The position numbers and the translations under genes are program-made. DNA of 29,028 bases from Proteromonas lacertae (taxonomy: Eukaryota), in the NCBI GenBank assembly GCA_002245135.1, contig NGBS01000020.1, positions 62,001-91,028 on the forward strand. The letters run 5' to 3'. How positions within the stretch are numbered: the first letter of the stretch is position 1; every line of letters begins with the position of its first letter. The notes beneath the pieces are model-generated. The model did no database searches. It saw only the letters and a list, made by a program, of their open reading frames with translations, and was not told the origin of the DNA. Below, one piece after another: positions 11,169 through 20,235 of the stretch.

Positions 11169-12185
11169 TTGTATAATAAATCGTTCTTTAAATACTTCTA
11201 TTATATAATTAATTTAACAATTCTGTTATACTTTTATTTTACAAACTATAATACTAACTACTTGAATATAACAATTCAAGAAACTGTTCAATGTTTTCAT
11301 AGTAGAACATGTAAGCAGAAATGTTTAAAGCAAAAAAATACTAGAGAAATTCAAATGAAATATAAAGAGAATGATTATCCTCATCCTTTTCCCTATGATT
11401 ATTATTTTATACACAATTCAACATGTAATACTAATACACTGATATTTATATATATTATATCAGAATGTAAACAAATAGAAGAAAGAAATGCAATTAGATC
11501 AACATGGGGGAAGAATGACAAACACATAGTTGTAAGATATATTATTGGTATTGGTAAGAGTATATGTATGAATAATTATCAATATGAGAGTATGTTGTAT
11601 GGTGATATACTTCAGATTAATATATATGAATCATTCGCTAATGAAACTCTGTTTAGTCTATATACTATGAAATACTTAAATAAATTATGTCCATACGCTA
11701 AATACTATGCTAAATTTGATGTTGATACTTTTGTAGATATAAAACTCTTTTATCAAGAAATAATGCAATATAAAGAGTTAATATATCAATTTTGGGGAGC
11801 TGAAAAACAGAAATGGAAAAAAGTCAATGGAGATCAATCATTCAAATATAGTTCTCCTTTAAAAATAGCTGAATACTATAATTCATTATTTCCTAAAAAT
11901 GGAATTAATGTCTATTCTGGATTTGTCACTATTTTTACATACGATATACCTTCGCTTATATTTAATTATTCTTATAAATTTCCTTATTTAATGAGAATTG
12001 ATGATCAATATATATCATGGTTACTTTACAAATTGAATATAAATATTAATAGAGTATCTAGTTATGCAATACTTCCTCACAAATGTGAAATTAACAAAGA
12101 TGTAGCTGTTATTCACAGGATAAAATCAACTGATTTAATTTCCTTTTCTTTGTATTACAAGTACAAAAATTCAAGAATTAATTAA
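11169..12185 (+). CDS. GT31 beta-1,3-galactosyltransferase-like (Galactosyl_T), TTG start
   Basis: Motifs ERNAIRSTWG, LYGDILQINIYESFANET, AKFDVDTFV and RIDDQYIS; N-terminal anchor. Confidence 0.8.
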   Translation: MYNKSFFKYFYYIINLTILLYFYFTNYNTNYLNITIQETVQCFHSRTCKQKCLKQKNTREIQMKYKENDYPHPFPYDYYFIHNSTCNTNTLIFIYIISECKQIEERNAIRSTWGKNDKHIVVRYIIGIGKSICMNNYQYESMLYGDILQINIYESFANETLFSLYTMKYLNKLCPYAKYYAKFDVDTFVDIKLFYQEIMQYKELIYQFWGAEKQKWKKVNGDQSFKYSSPLKIAEYYNSLFPKNGINVYSGFVTIFTYDIPSLIFNYSYKFPYLMRIDDQYISWLLYKLNININRVSSYAILPHKCEINKDVAVIHRIKSTDLISFSLYYKYKNSRIN

Positions 12186-12205
12186 TAAAGTTATGTTGAG
12201 ATACA

Positions 12206-13012
12206 TTGCCTAAACAGTTAATTTTCTTTCTTATTGTTATATTTTTTATTGTATTTTATAATACATATATTGAAATAAATTCAATTAACCATCCATTATG
12301 TATATCGCTAATAATCCCATCTAAAATAGAAGATTTTAATAGATGTAATAATATTCTGATAAGAAGTATATGTAAATCTATAAAACAACCTGATGAGATT
12401 GTTTTAGTAATATCTGGTGTCTATAATTCAAGTTTTGATATAATTCTTAGCACTTCTATTAAATTAGAGAGATGTACAAAAAAATTAGTAATTTTAACAC
12501 GACAAAGAAATTACAATGCTGCTTCAAATAGAAATTATGGATTTTCTCATTCAAGTTGTTCAATTATTTCTTTTTTTGATGTTGATGATATAATGTCAAA
12601 ATATAGAATATATTATATAGAAAAAATATTTAAAGAAAATACTTATATTGATATTCTTTTCCACCCATCTACTAAAAATTACAGCAAATTAAACATATAT
12701 AATGGATTAACTATTTACAAAAAATATGCAGTAATTAATCAATATAATGAAATAACAAAAAGATGTAGAATTACTTTCATGTATGATAATAGAATATATA
12801 AATGTGATGTATCGAATGGTTTCTATATTACTAATGGATGGCCTTCGCTTAAAAGAAATATAATGAAATATATTAGATTTAATGAGTCACTATACTCAAC
12901 AGAAGATTTAGATTTTATTTCTAGAATTGTTGTAAAAGGATATAAAGTAGCTATATTTAAAAAACCTTTAGGATTCTATATTAAAGATTATCATTGTAAT
13001 ATGATAATATAG
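12206..13012 (+). CDS. GT2-family glycosyltransferase with N-terminal anchor, TTG start
   Basis: Motifs ISLIIPS, QPDEIVLVIS, NAASNRNYG, SFFDVDD and TEDLDF. Confidence 0.8.
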   Translation: MPKQLIFFLIVIFFIVFYNTYIEINSINHPLCISLIIPSKIEDFNRCNNILIRSICKSIKQPDEIVLVISGVYNSSFDIILSTSIKLERCTKKLVILTRQRNYNAASNRNYGFSHSSCSIISFFDVDDIMSKYRIYYIEKIFKENTYIDILFHPSTKNYSKLNIYNGLTIYKKYAVINQYNEITKRCRITFMYDNRIYKCDVSNGFYITNGWPSLKRNIMKYIRFNESLYSTEDLDFISRIVVKGYKVAIFKKPLGFYIKDYHCNMII

Positions 13013-13831
13013 ATGATATTTTATATATTATTATTCTTTTCAATTATGTTTTATTTATATTTGTCAAATAATGATATTGATTGTGTAGTTGTTACAGGTT
13101 CATCATATAATCATGAATTATCATTATTAAATTTAATATTATCATTTCAAAAAAATATAAATAACTGTTATTTAAGTGTATGGAATCTTGGCTTAACAAA
13201 AAGTACATATAATTTATTATTAAATTATTCTTATTTTAATAGAAAAGTGAAAATAAATCATTTTGATTACAACAATTATCCTTCTTTTCTCAATATTAGT
13301 ATTGAAAATGGAAGATATGCATGGAAGTCAATAATCATATATAAAACATATTACATGTATAGATTACCTTTAATATGGCTTGATAGTGGATGTAATATAT
13401 ATGGATCATTAAATGGAATTCTTAATCATATCAAAAAATATCACATATGGTCAGAAAGAGGATTTCATCCTCTAAAACCATATACACATCATGAAATGTC
13501 CAAATTTTTGAATGCAAACACAAGTATTTTAGATTTAGTGTCATGTTCAGCTGCAACAATAGCATTTATGTATCCTTCGCAACTATCTTCAAAAGTTTTG
13601 GAAGCGTGGAAAAGATGTTCTTTAACATTATCATGCATTTCACCAAATGGTTCTACAATAAAGAATCATAGATATGATCAAAGCGCATTTACAATAATTT
13701 CATATATGAGTGGAGTGAGAAATTTTTGTATTAATAGAGGACAAAATAATATTACAATTCATTATGAATATAATCACAATTTCATACTAAAACAAAATTC
13801 ATTAGTACATGATTTAAAACAGCTGTATTAA
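13013..13831 (+). CDS. DUF1647-family protein (putative GT-A glycosyltransferase)
   Basis: Motifs VVVTGSSYNH, VWNLGLT, YAWKSIII, IWLDSG, CISPNGS and NHRYDQSAF. Confidence 0.75.
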   Translation: MIFYILLFFSIMFYLYLSNNDIDCVVVTGSSYNHELSLLNLILSFQKNINNCYLSVWNLGLTKSTYNLLLNYSYFNRKVKINHFDYNNYPSFLNISIENGRYAWKSIIIYKTYYMYRLPLIWLDSGCNIYGSLNGILNHIKKYHIWSERGFHPLKPYTHHEMSKFLNANTSILDLVSCSAATIAFMYPSQLSSKVLEAWKRCSLTLSCISPNGSTIKNHRYDQSAFTIISYMSGVRNFCINRGQNNITIHYEYNHNFILKQNSLVHDLKQLY

Positions 13832-13909
13832 TACAGCATTTTTTATTCAACTTACACACATCAATAGATAAATAGAAGAAAATATTTTTGTGTCGTAATT
13901 TTATTTACA

Positions 13910-14933
13910 TTAATCAAAAAATTGTTTGAAGTAATATTTTAAATTATAAGCTTTTCCGTATTTTACTACATAACATAAGTTATATTTGTAATTTAATAAT
14001 AGTCCTGATCGTAATAATGCAGTTAAACCAAATGTACTCTTTGATATTATTAAAAACTTAGATTTAGATAAAATAATATGTTCTATTACTATTGTAGTAT
14101 CAGTTGTATGTTTTGCATAATGCTTTGTAATATTATAAGAATATGTAATAGTATTTTTGTTATTTTTACAAATTCTTTTTTTAATATTATAAGAATCACC
14201 TGTTAAATACCATAACTTGTACTTTTTATTTAAGGAGGCTATATATAGCATCTTTTTGATGTCAGTAACATTAGAAAAAGGTATTTCTTTTAGATCATCA
14301 TTTCCTAGTCTTATTTGTATTCCTATATAAGGCATATTCATATACTTTTTCATAAACATATTTACTTTATGTGTTATAACTCTGTTGACTATTAATAATT
14401 TGGTTAGTATTGTGTAATATAGATAAGAAACAAAATAGTTATATTTCTTATACTTTTCTGGAACATTAATATACGTTTTAATTTTGGATTGAAATATGCT
14501 GGTTTTGCTCATATCACAAAGTAAATCACACCAGATATAATCAAAGAAAATGTCATTATTGATATGTATACCTTTCAATAGTTTTAGGTTAAAAGGACAT
14601 ATTCTATTTACTCTCATATTCAATTTAATACTTTTGGTTATATTATAGTTTGGTATATGATAGAATAAATTAAATTCATTCCAATTTATAACTATATATA
14701 AACATATTTATTAAAATACTATATGGTTTCAACTCATAGTAAAACGAAATAACAACAATTCCTACAAATGACATGATTCTATTACCTAAACCAGCTTTTA
14801 TTTTCACATTTACTGATATATTCTTACTGTTATACATCTTTATTATATGATATACTTCATAATTGCTTTCATTTATATATATATAAATAATATATATTAC
14901 TACTAAAACAATAATTGATTCTACATAACTCAT
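13910..14933 (-). CDS. Fucosyltransferase-like protein; 28-nt intron 14692-14719
   Basis: Splicing gives AGLGNRIMS...LKPYIINWNEF, YIGIQIRLG, WYLTGDS and EHIILSKSKFLIISKSTFG. The intron position matches that of the 3009-4098 paralogue. Confidence 0.8.
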
Positions 14934-15877
14934 TTAGTATAAATAGAATTAAGCAACTTAAAATATTCACTATAGTTCTTTTTTACTCCATGTATAGCTA
15001 TTATGTTATTTAAATTTCTAATGATGTTGATAACCTTATAATTCTTTATGCTAATTATTTTGTATCTAATTTGACATAATGAAAAATTACTTTTTGAAGC
15101 TAATAAACCTATATGAACATCTTCCTTATATATTATTGGATAGGTAATACGAGAGAGTGAATTGATTTCTTTTAATAATTTACTATTATATATTGCAAAA
15201 TAACCATATAAATAATTAGGTAAAATTGTATAATTATAAGATAAATACGGTATATAGTTTATAGACCTATTATTTCTAGATACATTTTCTTTAGTAGATA
15301 ATATTCCATATGAACATAAATCATTCTTTGTATGCGTTAGAAAATTATATATTATTTTAATGTTAGGTATAACATCTTGATCATTCTTAATAAAATATGA
15401 GAATATACAATTATTTATAACCCATTCTATCATCATTATTGTCATAATAGTCAAGTTGAAATAGCTTTCATAAAATGACATTTGGATAATGTCATTAAAT
15501 AGTACTCGCTCTTTTTTAATTAACGAGTTATATACATTATTACGAGATTTACCAACAAAGAAAAAGAAATTACAATTATGCTCTTTTATTTCTTTTTTAA
15601 TAGTTGTTCTAATAATTATTCTAGTCTTAAATGAATCACATCTTGAAGTAATGCCATAAATAATATATCTCTTGTACTTAAATAGATGATAAGGTTGTAA
15701 TAAAATTGTTGAAATATTTAAATGATTTATATTTAAATCTTTCGTTTTTCCACTTTGTTTTATATAAGACTTTTGCTTAATATAATATACATCACTAAAA
15801 AACTGATTCTTTATAAGGTTAGTATGTAAGAAATAGATAATATACAAAAATATAACAATATATGAAAATAAAATCAT
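14930..15877 (-). CDS. GT31 galactosyltransferase-like
   Basis: Motifs RIIIRTT, FNDIIQMSFYESYFNLT, IKNDQDV and YKEDVHIG; N-terminal anchor; ATG at 15877 is preceded by an in-frame TTG. Confidence 0.8.
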   Translation of the reverse strand: MILFSYIVIFLYIIYFLHTNLIKNQFFSDVYYIKQKSYIKQSGKTKDLNINHLNISTILLQPYHLFKYKRYIIYGITSRCDSFKTRIIIRTTIKKEIKEHNCNFFFFVGKSRNNVYNSLIKKERVLFNDIIQMSFYESYFNLTIMTIMMIEWVINNCIFSYFIKNDQDVIPNIKIIYNFLTHTKNDLCSYGILSTKENVSRNNRSINYIPYLSYNYTILPNYLYGYFAIYNSKLLKEINSLSRITYPIIYKEDVHIGLLASKSNFSLCQIRYKIISIKNYKVINIIRNLNNIIAIHGVKKNYSEYFKLLNSIYTK

Positions 15878-15909
15878 CAATTACATTTTGGTGAGGAATA
15901 TAAATATAC

Positions 15910-16722
15910 TTATATATTATTTCTAGTAAAAAATAGTATGTTATTCTTCAACCACCAAATAAATGTAGAATTCTTTAGTTTATTAGTTAATTTTGGTTTA
16001 TATTTAAAACCTTTTCTAGCAAATATGCTTATTACATCTTCTTTTCGTTTGTTATTTACATGAAAATGTCCAGCCTGACCTATACTACTCCATGTAATAA
16101 GTATAGATTTTCTGCTACACTTTACAAGGTTATTTATATAGTTATTTTCATAATTTTGTGGTATGTGCTCTGCTACTTCAAGTGATATAACTATATCATA
16201 GTTGCATTCAAATTGTATTGGTTCAGCTAAATTTAAATATTTAACTTTACCATTAGTAATTTCTTCTATATTTACTGATCCATCATACTGGTCACATATT
16301 TTTGATTTAATAGAAATTACAGGACAATACCATCCTAAACCAGCTCCTAAATCAACAACTGTTTCATTTTGAAATAATGTTGCTAAAGAGTTTGCTAAAC
16401 CTAAATCATGTTTTTGATTTCCTCCTACATTAATTTTACTCTTTGTTAAGCAAAATCCTCCCCAATACCCTATTCCTTTACACTCACAAGATAAATTATT
16501 CATATATTGTATATATCGACTATGACTAGATATTTGATAATATTGTCTTTTTGTTTTATTACACATAGTTAATAATTTAGATATTTCGTTATACATATTT
16601 TTCTTCTTCAATCTAAATGTATAATTGCTAGAATTTAGTTTTAAATAGAAAAGAAATGTAGATATAAAGAATATAAAAACTAATAAATATGTAATCATCT
16701 TAGTTCCCCAATTTTTAATCAT
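15910..16722 (-). CDS. Signal-anchored class I SAM-dependent methyltransferase
   Basis: Motifs VVDLGAGLGWY, QYDGS, YDIVISLEVAEHIP and GQAGHFHVNNK; hydrophobic N-terminus. Confidence 0.85.
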   Translation of the reverse strand: MIKNWGTKMITYLLVFIFFISTFLFYLKLNSSNYTFRLKKKNMYNEISKLLTMCNKTKRQYYQISSHSRYIQYMNNLSCECKGIGYWGGFCLTKSKINVGGNQKHDLGLANSLATLFQNETVVDLGAGLGWYCPVISIKSKICDQYDGSVNIEEITNGKVKYLNLAEPIQFECNYDIVISLEVAEHIPQNYENNYINNLVKCSRKSILITWSSIGQAGHFHVNNKRKEDVISIFARKGFKYKPKLTNKLKNSTFIWWLKNNILFFTRNNI

Positions 16723-16956
16723 CAAAATACTTCATTCTTCACAATTAAAACACTTCGATTAAGTATATTATTGTGTGAATTGTTTTAATTTCATTACACT
16801 CTGTGTTATTTAATTGAATTTTCTAGAAAAACAAATATATATATATCTTCATCGGCAATATAGATATAGATACAAATTAAAATTGTTGGAAAAAGAGTTA
16901 ATTTTCTCATCACAAGATAATATGATTGAAGATATAATTCATGCTTTGAAACATAG

Positions 16957-17800
16957 GAATCTTACAAGAGCGTTCTTGTGAATAACTTTGATGTCCTCAC
17001 TATGAAGCGAAGCTAATAAAGAGACGTAGAAGGAGCTGCCACAACAAACAAAACCCTTTACGTTCCCATCTATACTTAGATTGATGAAAGCCTTTGGTTC
17101 TGTTGTGAAGGGAACTGCTAGGTAACAGTCTTGATAAACAATGGAGTTCTAATCATCACTCCGATAAGACACGAACGATGATGTTCTTGAAGGAGTATTT
17201 GAAACAGTATCTGAACCACGATGAACTGATATTGCCGATGAAGACTCTTGAGATAATACTTCCTGGTGAACTAAAGTAAGTGATTCTCTAGGCTTATGAA
17301 TTCCAAGGGTTGTTATTACTTCCTGGACTAGTTTATCGTGTTGATGGGCCTTTGCATTTGCCCTAAGTTCATTCTTCGGAGGAATCCTTATCTTCATGGA
17401 GATGACTGGGAATTGCGTGATTACCAGGAGTGAGTAAAAGTCAATTCTGAGAAACGTCAAGACCGAATTAACAAAGTGAGTTGTGGGGCAGTCCGATAAT
17501 TCTCAGCCGATGAAGCCAATGAATAAGAACTATTTCAACCTGATCCGTGAAGTCACCGAGAACTACGATCAGGAACGTAAGGAGGAATTGACCTTCCCGA
17601 AGAAGGCAACCAGACAGGAGAAGATTGAGAAGCTCTTCACTTATAAGATACGAGTAAAAGACTCCGACACTTACGGGAATGCTATGATAAAAAGCTTTAT
17701 GGATAAAGGCATTCCAAGACCAAGGAAGGTAATCATCACTCCGGTGATCCCAGTTGTTGCGAGCCGTTTGTCATAGTTGGCCGTTTGTCTACCAGACACT
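16957..17800. other. GC-richer (about 40%) unidentified, probably decayed coding island
   Basis: Clear composition shift (25/60 GC in line 17521), CpG-rich, stop-interrupted + strand frames, no recognisable motif. Boundaries are approximate. Confidence 0.5.
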
Positions 17801-18251
17801 TTCAAAACAAACTAAATACATATTCTTACTTGTTTTGATGAAATATTGTTACTTTTATACTTACTTTGTTATATGACCTACCTTTGCAGTATAATTTGTT
17901 GTTAATATCAATAGTTTGAATATTTGCGCCGTTTGTTTTCTAGAAATTTTTGAAGCAAACTAAATGTATATTTAGCTAATATAGACTAAATTACATTAGC
18001 TGAAATAATTAGAATATAATAATTATTAAATCTTTCTATTTAAAAAAGAAATGTAAAAAATAGGCTTGAGTGAGGCTTGATTCTATATTATCTTTTTCAT
18101 TTTAAATGTCCTATGATCAACATTAAGTTGTTCTAATCATTTCAGTTAATGTATTTTAGTCTACATTAGCTAAATATATATTCTTAATTATTGTGATGAA
18201 AAATTGTTACTTTTATACTTACTTTGTCATATAACCTATGTCTGCAATATA
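17780..18251 (+). repeat. Diverged tandem duplication (unit about 148 bp); second copy interrupted by a MITE
   Basis: GCCGTTTGT...CAAACTAAAT...TTCTTA...GATGAAA.ATTGTTACTTTTATACTTACTTTGT starts at both 17780 and 17928. Confidence 0.75.
17971..18174. mobile_element. MITE-like element, 204 bp, about 44-bp imperfect TIRs, TA/TATA flanks
   Basis: 17971-18014 is about 90% identical to the reverse complement of 18131-18174. It is absent from the paralogous site near 17820. Confidence 0.7.
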
Positions 18252-18799
18252 CTTTTTTGGGGAAGTTTTGGTTTAGACGCGTGTTCAAAATTTGAACTCG
18301 CCTAATCTAGTTAGAGTTTGACTCTAATATTTTATATTACTTGACTATAATTGCTTAATTAAGAGATTCTGAGAAGATGGTAGGGATAGCACAACTTTTT
18401 TTGGTCTAATTTCACGATCTTTTAATGATTTGAGCATTTTTGATCCCAACCTATTGTACATAATAACTGTACACAGGATCTCCAGCAGTTTTTTTATTAA
18501 ATATCTTACTATTAGATGAGAATGCTCAAAATATAATGTGTGATAACACAAGCTCGGCTTGAATAATTTTTTATATTTTATAAAATTTGAGCACCTGCCT
18601 CCTATAGGAAGCTAGGGCTTATTTTTGTTAATTAATTAATAAATACTATTATTTTTTAAACTGTTTGACTTATTTACTATCTGAATAACTATCTTAAGCT
18701 GTATTTCAATCGTTTATCCCATAAAAACAATTTAACTAAGTCATTAAGACATATTTATTTATAACTAACAGATAATTGAACCTTTTTCTTAAAAAACAA

Positions 18800-18975
18800 A
18801 TCATTCAACTAAATTTTGGCAATCTTGTATCTATTCGAGGAAGTCAACATATTTTACATTTCCATAGCTTCTATTATTGTTAAATTATCACCTTCTTGAA
18901 CATAATTTACTTACATTTATTAAACTACTAGCCATTGGATAAGTTAAGAATTTAGAATCATCTACTTCTCGTTTT
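18800..18975 (-). pseudogene. PCCA: Biotinyl-domain fragment of a biotin-dependent carboxylase (propionyl-CoA carboxylase alpha-like)
   Basis: EVDDSKFLTYPMASSLINVS, then after a shift VQEGDNLTIIEAMEM*NMLTS...KIAKILVE (decayed EAMKM motif). Confidence 0.6.
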
Positions 18976-18989
18976 ATAATCATGAATTT

Positions 18990-19351
18990 TGATAATTTGC
19001 TTTCTAAAGCATTTCTTATACCTACAACGAAGTTATCTCTATTGAATTGTAATTGATATACTTCTACTAATCTTTTTATATATTATAAAGCTACTTCTTT
19101 TATATTCAATTTACCTCTCATGATTTAGCTTTGAATATCTAGCTTTTACAACCATTCTTTAAAATTTCTCAGGTGTAAGAAGACCTTTATCATTTGTAAT
19201 TGTGATCTTATTAGCTTTACCAATACTCTCTTTTACAACACTTACATTCAAAGTATTATTAGTTATTATATATTGTCATAGATTCTTCACCTTCAAACAC
19301 TTGAATTAACACATCGAGTTGTTAATCACTGTATGTACTAAATACTTGAGT
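18990..19351 (-). pseudogene. HSP70: Cytosolic HSP70 substrate-binding-domain fragment, internally deleted
   Basis: TQVFSTYSD*QLDVLIQVFEGEESMT and LNVSVVKESIGKANKITITNDKGLLTPEKF*RMV. Confidence 0.85.
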
Positions 19352-19549
19352 ATTATTAACTGAAATTTTGATATTAACTGTAATTAATTAACTTCTATTA
19401 ATCCTTTCAAATATTCAAAAGCTAATTCTTTAACTTTGTATAACTTTTACTTTGTTAAATCATCTCTTCTAAAAAACCTTTTTAAATCACTATAATTTCT
19501 TTTCTGTTCAATAAACAAGTCTCAATTATTACTTTAACAAGCACACATT

Positions 19550-20193
19550 CCTATATTATAGTGAAATTCCCATTGCCCAAATATCACTCAATGGACTTAT
19601 ACTACCTGTTTTAATTGATTTGTTTAATATTTTTATTGCATATTGATTCTTTGATGGATCTTCACATAATTCAACTAATTTCTTTATTATTTTATATTGA
19701 TTGATATGTCCATTACCACTTTGATCTACTTGTAACTTTAATAAATTAGTTTGCTCCATAAGCTTATCGATTGTTACATGACGTTTTAATTTTGCATGAA
19801 TATTTTCACTTATATCACAAGTATTGTACTATACTTTTTGACATTTTTTCGAGCTTCTCTTTCATGAGAGGTTGTGGAATTTCGAGGTGATTCGTTTGTA
19901 AGCCAATCATAAACTTCAGGATTATCACACTCTTCAGAACAATAAGACGTACCAACTGATCCTATTGATTGATGTGTATGCCTACCACCTACAACAGATT
20001 GACCAATTGGTCTAACTGAAGGTTTTATTATATTATTAGATGACAATGGTTGGTTTCGAGATGAATTCTGTTGACTTCCACCATTTTGGTTTTTAAAAGC
20101 TTTTTCATGTATATTTAACTTCACTGTTTTTATTTCTACCTCAGATTCAAAAATATTTGGAACTACTACAGGGCTAGAACCCGTACATCCCGT
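19550..20193 (-). pseudogene. CaMKK-like Ser/Thr kinase remnant
   Basis: Begins ACG-GGA-TGT-ACG-GGT-TCT (decayed MGCTGS), with a frameshift near 19830. Contains GNGHINQYKIIKKL, YAIKILNKS and SDIWAMGISL; the Gly loop and catalytic core are deleted. Confidence 0.65.
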
Positions 20194-20235
20194 TATTTTC
20201 TTTCCAGAATTTTAAATTCAAGAAATATTAATAAA

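Larger units (their letters stand above)
11763..19743 (+). repeat. Left arm of a giant inverted duplication (outer limit set by the window end)
   Basis: Reverse complement of 21153-29028; mirrored ORFs have coordinate sums of about 40800. Confidence 0.95.

Noticed and set aside
632..15910. Blastocystis-type stop codons completed by polyadenylation with a downstream TGTTTGTT motif
   Set aside because: Cluster genes have encoded stops, and only loose matches (e.g. TGTTTATGTT at 1670) were seen.
1..16725. Bacterial operon or giant-virus genome
   Set aside because: GT-AG introns at conserved positions, Golgi-type anchors, a pogo element and eukaryotic gene remnants are present, and no viral hallmark genes were seen. 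Lateral origin of individual genes remains open.
18055..18080. tRNA-like 3' end (TCAAGCCTCACTCAAGCC followed by a T run on the minus strand) inside the MITE
   Set aside because: No 5' half, D arm or anticodon arm; it can be explained as a short TCAAGCCT repeat.
18345..18551. 68-aa ORF and its mirror at 22250-22456
   Set aside because: TTG start, no motif, lies in repeat-rich DNA; its duplication simply reflects the palindrome.
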